Notes: a model not told the origin generated them from the sequence alone. 64,000 nt of DNA from Epiperipatus broadwayi (GCA_028023455.1 JAQFVV010000005.1:18848001-18912000), one strand, 5' to 3'. Shown: positions 52,756 to 64,000, counted from the first letter of the stretch. Numbers and translations: made by a program.

Positions 52756-53325
52756 ATGCTAAGCAGTAATAAAGTTAAATATTATTATGAAAAACTAATT
52801 TTCTGTGTGCATTTTCATTTTACCAGAAATTATGTTGGGTCAGACAATTAAATTACAAAAACTTTTTCCAGCAAATGCATTATTTATTTTTAAAATTACT
52901 AATTACAAACGTTGCTGCTATGAAAATTGCGGTATAGTAAATCTGAGATTTTGTGCCGTAATATATTATATTTTAATATATTATATTTATAACACAATGA
53001 ATGATAATTGTATTTGTTTATATATTTAAAGCTTTCGGGCTAAGATGCTTAATTCTGGCTTATATATATAAAAGTTAAGTTTAGAAAAGGTTGGTATCAA
53101 CCTTTTCTATCAAAATCTCTGTCTTGTGTCTAAGCTTGATTATTTATTAGATATCTGTTTAAAATCTGATTGGCTTTCTCTGTTATAATTGCGCATGTGA
53201 AAAAGGCTAGCATACTTTCAATTTATTAAAATTACTAATTATAATTTCTAAAATTTATTTTAAATATTTAAACAAGCTCTTAATTAATAAGTACAGTAGG
53301 AGAAAATATTTAAAATCATTATCTG

Positions 53326-53394
53326 GAAAGTTCTTGTCACCAGACTAATTAGTTTCGAGCTTATGGCTCACCTCAGTGAGGAGCTAGAACATTC
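53326..53394 (-). ncRNA. Type I hammerhead variant (family C, core CUGAGGU)
   Basis: Reverse complement GAATGTTCT AGCT CCTCA CTGAGGT GAGC CATAA GCTC GAAA CTAATTAG TC TGGTG ACA AGAACTTTC. Confidence 0.7.
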
Positions 53395-53453
53395 AGACAC
53401 TAGATCTAAAATATCAACTCAAAAATAGCACTTATTTAATACATAATATTTAA

Positions 53454-54991
53454 ACCATTAAGCATCACATGATCACATTTCCTATACTAGCACATTAATT
53501 GTTGATAAACAGAGCAAAACTCTCCATACAGTATTGCCACCTGTGCTAAACAGAGTAATCAATGGATGCCAGAAGGCTTGTGCATAAAATCCCTATCTAA
53601 TGCCTACTCATCCAATATCCCCAGACTAGTTTCTGGCTTGTGACCTTTGTCAGTGAGGAGCTTTGGATCTGAGAGCACTGCATCTAGATCTTAGGATCTA
53701 ATGCAACCCTCTAGCAACCACCTTTTATCTCTACTTAACTACAAAACTATGAGAATGAAATTGAAAACACAAAAAATATTTTCAATCTAAGCTCGATAGC
53801 TTATATAGTCATATGGGTCTGAACTCAGTTCAGCACCCATACATTTTGGTGTCTTTGGCTCTTTTACAACCATAGTCACCACTATCCTATTAGGCAGAAT
53901 TGGTGTTAAACCATTAAGCATCACATGTCCTATACTAGCACATTAATTGTTGATAAACAGAGCAAAACTCTCCATACAGTATTGCCACCTGTGCTAAACA
54001 GAGTAATCAATGGATGCCAGAAGGCTTGTGCATAAAATCCCTATCTAATGCCTACTCGTCCAATATCCCCAGACTAGCTTCTGGCCTTCGTCAGTGAGGA
54101 GCTTTGGATCTGAGAGCACTGTGATGTGATCATGTGATCTTAATGGTTTAACACCAATCCTGCCTAATAGGATAGTGGTGACTATGGTTGTAAAAGAGCC
54201 AAAGACACCAAAATGTGTGGGTGCTGAACTGAGTTCAGACCCATATGACTATATAAGCTATTGAGCTTAGATTGAAAATATTTTTTGTGTTTTCAATTTC
54301 ATTCTCATAGTTTTTGTAGTTAAGTAGAGATAAAAGGTGGTTGCTAAAGGGTTGCATTAGATCCTAAGATCTAGATGCAGTGCTCTCAGATCCAAAGCTC
54401 CTCACTGACGAAGGCCACAAGCCAGAAACTAGTCTGGGGATATTGGATGAGTAGGCATTAGATAGGGATTTTATGCACAAGCCTTCTGGCATCCATTGAT
54501 TACTCTGTTTAGCACAGGTGGCAATACTGTATGGAGAGTTTTGCTCTGTTTATCAACAATTAATGTGCTAGTATAGGACATGTGATGCTTAATGGTTTAA
54601 CACCAATCCTGCCTAATAGGATAGTGGTGGCTATGGTTATAAAAGAGCCAAAGACACCAAAATGTGTGGGTGCTGAACTGAGTTCAGACCCATATGACTA
54701 TATAAGCTATTGAGCTTAGATTGAAAATATTTTTTGTGTTTTCAATTTCATTCTCATAGTTTTGTAGTTAAGTAGAGATAAAAGGTGGTTGATAGAGGGT
54801 TGCATTAGATCCTAAGATCTAGATGCAGTGCTCTCAGATCCAAAGCTCCTCACTGACGAAGGCCACAAGCCAGAAACTAGTCTGGATGAGTAGGCATTAG
54901 ATAGGGATATTATGCACAAGCCTTCTGGCATCCATTGATTACTCTGTTTAGCACAGGTGGCAATACTGTATGGAGAGTTTTGCTCTGTTTA
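53454..54991. mobile_element. Family B: head-to-head array of 448-bp HHR repeats (retrozyme-like)
   Basis: ~1.5 minus units (53454-54120) then ~1.9 plus units (54131-54991); period 448 on both sides; TSD ACATAATATTTAA at 53441-53 and 54992-55004; HHR motifs at 53619-58(-), 54067-99(-), 54400-39(+), 54848-85(+). Confidence 0.93.
54390..54448 (+). ncRNA. Type I hammerhead ribozyme, intact family B copy
   Basis: ATCCAA AGCT CCTCA CTGACGA A GGC CACAA GCC A GAAA CTAG TC TGGGG ATA TTGGAT; GUC cleavage after 54434; palindromic stem III ACTAGT. Confidence 0.85.
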
Positions 54992-55311
54992 ACATAATAT
55001 TTAAGTAGAAACTCTTAAGTTTTCAGACATGAAAATGCCTTTAATTCCAGCTATCTAACTTAAATAGCTATATAGGACTGAACTAAATTCAGATCTACCA
55101 TATATTTATAGCCTTATCATTGCCAAGACCTTAAAGGTAAAATTATAGTAATCAATAAAGCAAGTCATATATAGTGTGACATTGCTTTTATAAGCTTGTA
55201 TTTACAAGTGTGTAATGTATAGAGTGTACCAATAGCGCAAACAAGCTCTTAATTGATCATTACATATTAAACAAGTGCTGGTTTTGAGTTGACATTTTAG
55301 ATCTAGAGCAT

Positions 55312-55380
55312 GAATGTTCTAGCTCCTCACTGAGGTGAGCCATAAGCTTGAAACCAATTGGTCTGGGGATAAGACCATTC
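55312..55380 (+). ncRNA. Type I hammerhead variant (family C, core CUGAGGU)
   Basis: GAATGTTCT AGCT CCTCA CTGAGGT GAGC CATAA GCTT GAAA CCAATTGG TC TGGGG ATA AGACCATTC. Confidence 0.7.
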
Positions 55381-55847
55381 CAGATAGAGATTTTAAATAT
55401 TTTCTCCTACTACACTTATTAATTAAGAGCTTGTTTGAGCTATTGATATGCTTTCTACATTACATATTTGTAAATACAAGCTTAAAAAAGCAATGTCATG
55501 CTATATAACTTGCTTTATTGATTACTTTAAATATTTAAATAAAATTAAAATATTTTAAATAAAATTATCATGTATATTATAGGAAATAAGATTTATATAA
55601 CTTGTCATCAGAAAATAACTTGAGAATTTTTTTTTAAAAAAAGGAATAGAAAATATTGCTATCATAACAATTCAACTTACATTCTGCCTCAATTTTCTTG
55701 CAAATACTATAGCACCCACCAAGATTAATTAGTGTTAATTTTATAACTATTGGTACTGCTTAGAGAGATATGAAAATGAAAGCAAAGATTTTGCAGCTTT
55801 TTGTTATGTTAATATTTTTGAAACTTTTTGACAAAGCAAAAATAAAT

Positions 55848-56031
55848 AAACATCACATGACCACCATCTCTTATGCTTGTGTATAACTGTTGTTAAAACA
55901 GGCAAACCTCACTATATGTATGCCACACACAGCAAGCTAGATGGGGATTTTATGCACAAGCCTTCTGGCATCCATTGATTACTCTAGCTTGCTGTGTGTG
56001 GCATACATATAGTGAGTTTTGCCTGTTTTAA
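55848..56031. mobile_element. Small inverted family B-subfamily insertion
   Basis: 52-bp arms 55890-55941 / 55983-56034 (1 mismatch); 41-nt loop matching family B; candidate TSD CAAAAATAAAT at 55837-47 and 56032-42. Confidence 0.8.
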
Positions 56032-59000
56032 CAAAAATAAATGTAACTACACCATTAATATATGCATTGAAGCATATTAATTCTCATTATAAAATAGTAA
56101 CATATAAGTTACAGCTTCATATGTGCTATGTGTGATTTGATATAGTTATAGAATGATGGATTTGAAAATCAAAGATTCCCAAATTGAAGCTCAATCTATC
56201 ATTTCTGGAGAGGAAACATCATACAATCTCCCAAGAAAAATTAACCATTCAATTATTATTATAAAATTATTATCATTAATAGATTTATAGTGATTATTCT
56301 ATCCATCAGATATATATTTCATTTTTCCACATAGTTATCTCCTTTTTCTTATCTCAAATTTAGAGCCATAAAAATATGTGTAATAGAAATACACATCCAT
56401 TATTTTTCAAAATGTTACTTTTTTGTCGTATATCATTAACAAATCAGTCCTCAAGTGATTTTTTTCTATATAGATAGTTTTTAAATATGAATCAATATTT
56501 TATTTTATTATTATTAATAATAACAATTATGCGTCTTTTCTAATAACTCAGGTGCAGTAGTTTTTTTTATTCTTTTTACTTTAGAAAATATTTCATTACA
56601 AGTTTAAAAAATGATTTTAATTTTGTGTGTCAGCAATTTTTTATTAAAAGAAAATTGAAATGATAAAATTTATCATAAGCAATAAATGTCAATTTATTTA
56701 TTTTTTATAAATAATTAAAGATTACTTATTTTAAAAAATTTAATAATGTATACATAATTAATATTAACTCCAAATTTTTAAATATATACTGTATAATTAT
56801 TGTATTTAATGATATACATACTATAGATTATATATAAAAATAAACTATAATATATATATACATACGAAAGATATATAATAAAATATATTCTACAAGAGTA
56901 TGCAGATAATTATCAACTATTACGAAAATAAATTTTTGGTATAAAACAATATTTATTATTTTACTGAGCCAGGCTTTGGATACAGTAAATTTTTGTCAAA
57001 GCACGACTATAATGAATATATATATACACACACACGTTTTTCACTAATGTAATGTTTTTAATTATAATCAATTATGTTATACTTTAAATGTACTGTATTT
57101 CAATGAATAATCATAGAATTGCCTTTTATCTATAACCTTTAACAGTCTTACATTCTATCTTCTTTTTTTATTTTTTTTTATCTATAATTTATTTTCTTTG
57201 GTTCCTTGAAAAATAATAAAATTTCACTACATATAATAAAGTTGTGCTCTAAAAAAAATTGAAAAGATAATAGCAAAAAAAATTTATTTAACATCCCTAT
57301 TCTAAGAAATCTCAGATATAGTAATTTAATTTTTCTTGCTTGTTTGTGTAAAACTCTGCTCTTTTAATCTACCAATTCCATTAAAAATAAAAAATAAAAT
57401 TCAGTTATAATAACCATTTCTTAACAAAAAAGCAACCTACTTCTGCACGCAATGAGGAAATGTAAATGAATGATACAAACTAACTGAAAATACAATTTAA
57501 GCTATTAAAAAAAGTGAAATACAGCAACAGCTTTTTAATTAATTAAAATTAATAAGTAATATTAGGCTATGGTTTAGATATTATAATCATTATTATTTTT
57601 ATTCTATAAGAAATGATTCTACAAAAAACATTAGGAATGCATGATTTTATTTATTTCTTCCACCTCTTCAAATTAGAAAACTCTTAATGAAAAACTTTAA
57701 ATAAATATTTGATACAGTTTAAAGTTTTTACAACTTGAAAAGTCTTGGAGTCCCCTCTTACTTGGTTACAACTCTGATAGTTTATAAAATTAAGTTTTGA
57801 GACATGTCTAATTTATTTTTAAAAAAAATAAATTTCACATTATTAAATACTTAAAGGAGATCTGTGCAAAAATAATAAAACGAAAAAGGAATTCCATTAC
57901 GAGTAATGTTTAGAAACACTACTACACTCAATTACTTGGGAGTTTATAAGAATTTTGAGCACTGGAAGTGATAGAAATGGAATCTAACTAAGGACATTAT
58001 GCTCTATATTCCGATATTCTTTCACTGTACTAAACCATGCAGAGCAATTCAAGAGTATTATTGATATAAAAATCAAAAATGAATTCTAAAATAGGAACAA
58101 AAGGAAATAAGTGATTAACATACTTTGCAATTAGATAATCTTGCCAAAATATATTTTAATATTATATATATTTAAGATATACATAAGATAAAAAACGTAT
58201 ACATACATACAATAAGTACATCAAACATAAGTTGAAAGTGGGTGTAATTATATAGTATTCTCATTGGTCCAAATTATTAATTTAAATTCTAGAATATTTT
58301 TGAGTTTAATAAAATCTCTAATTTTATAATATCACTTTATCACATTGAATAAAACTATAAAAACAATCACCAGTTCAAATTTTCTTTTGGAATGTATTTT
58401 ATTGTAATTATATAAAGCTTAACAATCTTTTTTAAAATAATTACAATAGTTTTCATTTAATAAGCTTTTTATATCATAAAAGAGATACTCTGTTTCTAAC
58501 TCTATCTAATGCAATAATCTCACAAAGCAGATTGATTGCTAAAAAAAAAAAAAGTTGTTAATAGTTTACAAAATTTTTGTCAAATTTCTCATCCCATATT
58601 TACTAAAATGTTTTGGTATCAGTAAATTAAACATTTACAAAACACAGAAAATCATTCTATTATTTTATAAATCATCTAAATAGCACACCAATGCATATCA
58701 GCAGGCGGAAGATTGAGTGAGACCTTATCAAAACATGATTTAGCATGAGTGTGAAAATTTTTTGTATTATTCAATATTTTTTTTAAAAAAATTAAGTAGC
58801 ATGATTTTTTGTCTTAATGTCAGAAAATGGAATTCTACACTCAAAATTCTCATATTGGATGTTTGGTATCCATTCATAAAAAATTTGAACAATTCAAATT
58901 GAAGTCTAAATAATTTTACCCATCTAGACTTACCATAGTATTCTCCAAAACATACTTTTAATTTTTGTGTTGTAATAAATATATGTAAATTATGACAAAA

Positions 59001-59789
59001 ATTACATATGTAATAATCAATTATAACATTGTAGAATTTGCCCACCCCTCTTCACACTGCTCTTACATAAGAAATAATTCATTGCAATTGTAGTAAGACA
59101 TTCCCACAAGGTATTTACAATGTCTGTGATTGCACATACATAATTGATAAATCAAATCTACTTCAACACATAATAATGGTTCACTCTAGAAAACTAATAT
59201 AGAGGGTGTTACCATGCCTATGTAAATTAAGATCTTAAAAAACCTATTAAGTACTTTGCAAACTATTAACTATGCAGTAATTATCTGGGAAGTTTGGAGT
59301 ATTGGTCTTCTAATGATACTGAAGTTATAAAAGCTGCAAGGTATGCTCAGAGATGGATGCCAACCAAAGCTTAAGTATTTTATTCTGCATAAAAGTCAGA
59401 AGAATTTTGTAGCAGAAAATTCTTTCCTAAATAAAATTTATAGTATTCGTTATACAGTAATGTTAGTTTTAATTTATCTGTGTGTTATCTATCAAAAATG
59501 TCAGTGTGAAAATTGTGAATAAATGTTTTTGTAAAATCACTCTAGTGTATTGTGTTAAAATAAAATAAAAAAGTTTTTCACAGTCTGACTGGTTTTTAGA
59601 AACCTTCAGACATAGCAGAGTGATACAAGTTGACAGTAGATAGAGCAATTCAAAAAAATAATACAAGCGAATACTGAATTTAATGATGGCACTAAATTCT
59701 GATTCAAGAAGTTGATATTAATAATGCAGATTTGTGGAGCTATGTAGAGAATGTAGGTGTGTTCATAAATAAAGTGCAAGATGAATGTC

Positions 59790-61555
59790 AAAGTGTCTAT
59801 ACTCCTTTACTTTGTGGGACAAGATGTCATTCAACTTGCAAATGAACTTACATACCCCTAACATTTGGAGGAACTTTCATATAAAAAAGTCAATGGCTAT
59901 TTTGCATAGAGAATGAATAAATGAGTAGTGCGGCAAACTAGAAACAACTATCACATGACAAATACATGGATTACGATCTTGCTTTAAGTATCAAAAAATT
60001 GTGAGTTTGGACTGAAATTAAGTGACTCCTTATTGAAACAATTATCATATAGAATGATAAATACAGTTTCAGAAAAGTACTCAAGCGATTCAAATTTAAA
60101 CTACAAACTCGCAATTGATAAGTGGGTCATCCAGGAGATTATGCTGAGTAATGCACCTCCGAGTATGGATTAAAGAAAATATTTTTTATAAAAAAAATAA
60201 AAATTGATTGATTCCTGGCAGAAAGAAAAAGGGGCAGAATGTTGTTGCTGCAAAATGCCTGGATATTCAAAAGTTAATTGTAACCAGAAAGATAAAATAT
60301 GTAGAAATTGAGATTTAAAAAAGTATTTAGAAGTTGTTTGCCATTTTAGAGATCATGCAGCAGCAAATAACAGAAAACCAAATTACAAATCTTGGTGAGA
60401 GGTGGAGTATAAAACAAACATAAAAATCTTAAATGACAGTAAAATAGATCACATTTTACTAACTGTGGAAATCTGTGGTAAACAAGTCACTATTAGAAGT
60501 TGATAGTGAAGTAGGATTATCATTAATTTATTATAAAAAATGGATAAAAATAAGTGAAAACTTTAAAAAGATTCTCAATATAACAAAGTCTGATGTGGTA
60601 GCCACAGATATTAACAGAAATAAAGTAGACATTAGTGGTAAAGTCATGGTCCCTGAAAGGCTAAATTTGAGGTGACAGTTTCTTATACTGTACATGGTAA
60701 ATAAAGATTAGACCACTGCTGGGAAGAAACATTTGAAATTCCTGGTGTTCATATAAACATCTTAAAAAGTTCATGTAGAAATTCTTATGAAGAAAAGATA
60801 CCCCAGATTATTATTAAATCCAGATCTATTGAACTAAAAACCAAACCAGTTAATGCTGAATTAATGAAAGATGCATAACCAATTATATGTAAGCTTCATA
60901 AAGAACCATTTGCTTTGAGGGAGAAAGTAAAAAATCACTGAGTGAGTTGATCTCTAAGGAAGTATTAATACCTACTGAAGACTCCATTTGGGCCATATCT
61001 ATAGTCATAATAGTTAAACCTGATGGAAAATTATGATTATGTGGAGACTATAGAGTTACATTAAATAATTACTTAAATAAAGGCTCACATTCAGTCGTTA
61101 GTGTATGTGAAGTACTGGCTTTATTACTTCACAAAAAGAGATTTAAAAGCTGCTTTCCACCAGATACCGGTAACTGAAAAACAGCAGAACTCTCTACTTT
61201 GACCATTCATAGGAACTATACAAATGTAATAAATTACTCTATGGTATCTCCATTGCACAGAACATTTCCAGCCAAAGATGGATTTGGTCTTTAGAACTGT
61301 AACCAGTGTAATCCCTTACTTAAATATCTTGATCATTTCCACAACTGAAACTGAGCTAGAAAAGCAGATGGACATTTTGTCTGGTTAAAATTGGAAAGTA
61401 TGAAAGCCTAAGTAATTTCTAAAAAGTGCATATGGTCTACGAAAGAAATAAAATTTCTTGGACACATCATAAATGTAAATGGCCATTCTCCAGACCCAGG
61501 CAAAGTAAAAGCAATAAAAAACACTGAGAAACCTAAAAATGTAAAGAATTGCAGG
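59790..61555 (+). mobile_element. Decayed Ty3/gypsy gag-protease-RT region
   Basis: SILLYFVG (gag), LEVDSEVGLSLI (protease), PFALREKV, IVKPDGKL.LCGDYRVTLN, DLKAAFHQIPV, IKFLGHII..NG..PDP.KVKAI; many stops and frameshifts. Confidence 0.8.
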
Positions 61556-61954
61556 CAATGGCTCCAACACCATATTCAGATCCATCTATTGTTATGATTA
61601 CCTCAAAATCGTTAAGATAATGTACCAATAAATTTTCATAAATATTGTTTATCACTCATGTATCAACTGCACATATACAAACTTAAATAAAGTTAGGCAA
61701 ATAATAATTTATAACCAAAATGTTTTTTAAATCAAAAAGTAATCAATTTACAAGTTATCAATAGTTGAGTGGATAGACTGTGTTTAACATTTTCCATAAC
61801 AAAAATTAGGAAATCTTTGTAACTTTTTTAATCAAATGAACACATACAAATTTTAATATAAAATTAAACATATAAATAAATATTTAAGATGAACATTACT
61901 TTTTCCAATACATTAGCAAATATATATTTTTAGTAGCTTTGAACAATCTTTCAA

Positions 61955-62102
61955 ACAGGCAAAAACTCTCCACATAGTAGTGCTACCTTGTGCTAACCAG
62001 AGTAATCAATGGATGCCAGAAGGCTTGTGCATAAAATCCATATCTAGTGCCTACTCATCCAATATCCCCAGACAGGTTTCTGGCTTGTGATCATGTGATG
62101 TT
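61955..62102 (-). mobile_element. Family B fragment with half HHR and short inverted end
   Basis: Matches 53510-53640; breaks in HHR loop II and switches strand into TGTGATCATGTGATG; TSD AACAATCTTTCAA at 61942-54 and 62103-15. Confidence 0.85.
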
Positions 62103-62714
62103 AACAATCTTTCAACTAGGAAATAAAATTTAAAATAAAAAAAGATTATAAGTTATTTTGAGAAATTCTGTATATATCTGAAATTCATATTAAGATAATA
62201 TATACATATTCTAGAATCTTCTCTCATTTTATTTTTCTTAAATTATGATATAAGAAATTCTTATAAAACATTCTTTGTATTTTCATGACTAATAAAAATT
62301 ATTAATATAGATACCTACTTGTTCATATAAGATCCAGTCTAATTTTATTTATTTTCATATTTAAAAAATTATGCTAATTCTATTATCCATAAGAGATACA
62401 ATAATTTCATCTAGTTTAAAGACTTATCCAATATCAAAATTTGAAATTATTGCACTATGACTTGCAAAGAATATATATATAAAATCGTTTATTATGGTAT
62501 TGAAAAAACTATTTCCCTTTTTGTTTCAAATGGCTCTTCTTGTTAAATATTTACTTTAGCACAAATTAATTTTAGATTGATTAAATATTAGTTTTTCATT
62601 TTTTAAAACTTTTACTATAAATAATTGAAATATTAACAACAATATTACATGACTTTCTCATAAGCATTCAAGAGCAATTATCTTTATCCTATTCTAGGGC
62701 CATTTATGTAAGCC

Positions 62715-62800
62715 TGAATAATCAATGGATGCCAGATGATAAAGTTCTATAATATCCCCTACCATAGACTAGTTTCTGACTTTTGCCTTGATTAGGATTC
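62715..62800 (-). mobile_element. Highly decayed family B fragment
   Basis: TAATCAATGGATGCCAGA...AATATCCCC...AGACTAGTTTCTGAC; HHR core lost. Confidence 0.55.
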
Positions 62801-63154
62801 AAAGCTAAAACTAATGCCTTTGTGGCATCTAGAAACTTTTTCCTCTTTTATAAGTTTTTAAAAGGCTTTTGTTTAACTTACAATCTGTGTGTTTGTTTGT
62901 TTGTTTCATAGATATAATTTAAATAAAATACACATGAGGACAGTGTAGAGATTTTTTTGGTTCAATTAAAAGCTTTTAAAATTGAGCTTAATACCTTTTA
63001 AGTAATGTGCAGGATTTTTAAAAATAAAACAAAGTTACTTTACAATATAGTTTTGTTAGGCTTTATATATATAAAGCTGGTCTTAGAATTTCAATACTAA
63101 CTAATGCAGGCAATTTTTTTAATATAATAATGGACACATACTAAATAGGATATA

Positions 63155-63483
63155 ATTGCAAGGAAATCAAGTCATATATCATGTAGGTTAATTTAATAAG
63201 CTTGTATTACAAATGTTATATAATGAGCATGCCAATGGCTCTCAACAAGTTTTTCAGAATATCCCTATCCTCATCGCTGGATTTGAAGACATAAGGATGT
63301 CTGAAATTTTCAGATTTTTTTATTTAATAATTAAACCATTAGATAAAGTGCTAGGCAACTTGTATTTTAAATCTAATGCTTGAATATCCTAGTGCCTCAC
63401 TGACGAAAGCGAGAGCTAGAAACTGGTCTGAGGATAAGGATATTCTGAAAAGCTTGTTAAGAGCTATTAGCACACTCATTATA
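63155..63483. mobile_element. Family D inverted HHR element (related to family C)
   Basis: Arms 63216-63273 / 63429-63486; left arm continues with homology to 55147-55253; TSD TAAATAGGATATA at 63142-54 and 63484-96. Confidence 0.82.
63382..63445 (+). ncRNA. Type I hammerhead ribozyme, intact family D copy
   Basis: GAATATCCT AGTG CCTCA CTGACGA A AGC GAGA GCT A GAAA CTGG TC TGAGG ATA AGGATATTC; perfect 5-bp and 9-bp stem I segments; GNRA loop II. Confidence 0.85.
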
Positions 63484-64000
63484 TAAATAGGATATATACA
63501 TAAGGTGTATACATATTAACTTATTGCAGAAATATCTAATGATACATATATAAACTATTAGTGTCAAGTTCCATATAAGTACAATATAGTTGAACATTTT
63601 TATTTACAGTGCCAATACTAAAAACTTAAAAATAAATAGAGATAAAAAAATATTTTATAGTAAATGTTTTTATTTGTCAAACATTAAAAACTGAAAATAT
63701 AATTGTTTCTTCAACCACAATTGGATTTTTTAGATTGAAATTTGAAATAAAAGCTTGGAATGGGGGGGGGTTTACATTCCTATGTGAACCACTACATTTT
63801 TATTTCAGGTTTATTCTAAAAACCCAATTGTGTTTAAAGAAATAATTGTTTTTTTGATTTTTAATGTATAACAAATAAAAGCATTTACTATAAAATATTT
63901 TTTATCTCTATTTATTTATTACTATTACTTTCAAGCTATAAACTAAAATAGTACACAAAGGGGTAAAAAGTGCCTGCTGGATGCTGCATTTGTTTCAGTT

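Larger units (their letters stand above)
53273..55525. mobile_element. Family C inverted HHR element, interrupted by the family B array
   Basis: Inverted arms ~53270-53441 / 55266-55436; second inverted repeat 55147-55253 / 55421-55527; candidate TSD TTTAAATATTTAAA at 53259-72 and 55526-39. Confidence 0.8.

Noticed and set aside
53454-54991. CRISPR array or simple satellite interpretation
   Set aside because: Units are wholly repeated with no unique spacers, there are no cas genes, the context is eukaryotic, and each unit carries a ribozyme within a TSD.
59278-59340. 63-nt symmetric exon candidate (NYLGSLEYWSSNDTEVIKAA)
   Set aside because: Reasonable donor but isolated, with no neighbouring exons or recognisable homology.
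976-61585. Most 60-90 aa ORFs in the track
   Set aside because: Low-complexity F/I/L/K/Y-rich translations expected by chance in very AT-rich DNA, or antisense/alternative frames of TE remnants (e.g. 15133-15402, 15540-15941, 17260-17574, 48588-48792).

Overview
A very AT-rich, CpG-depleted eukaryotic (metazoan-like, probably invertebrate) region made mostly of intronic/intergenic DNA and transposon debris. No intact protein-coding gene or intact transposon ORF is visible, and most track ORFs are spurious. The main signal is a dense set of self-cleaving-ribozyme retroelements. (1) A full-length but frameshifted RTE-clade LINE (14238-17547, 12-13 bp TSD) begins exactly with a complete HDV-like ribozyme fold. 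(2) More than a dozen type I hammerhead (HHR) motifs or remnants with palindromic, dimer-type stem III fall into four related non-coding families (A-D). These include a head-to-head array of 448-bp HHR repeats (retrozyme-like, 53454-54991) nested inside another HHR element, and two non-canonical core variants supported by covariation. (3) These HHR elements share an insertion signature: inverted arms, one arm a few tens of nt longer, and 11-14 bp AT-rich TSDs. This points to Penelope-like (PLE) machinery, and four PLE RT/GIY-YIG remnants are in the window. Also present: a ~3.6 kb inverted duplication (7980-11616 vs 19910-24169), a tRNA-Gly(TCC)-derived simple SINE family, two decayed Ty3/gypsy elements, a pogo/Tc1-like MITE, several foldbacks, and a few candidate micro-exons of unidentified host genes. 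All calls come from reading the sequence by eye; no database search or folding program was run.
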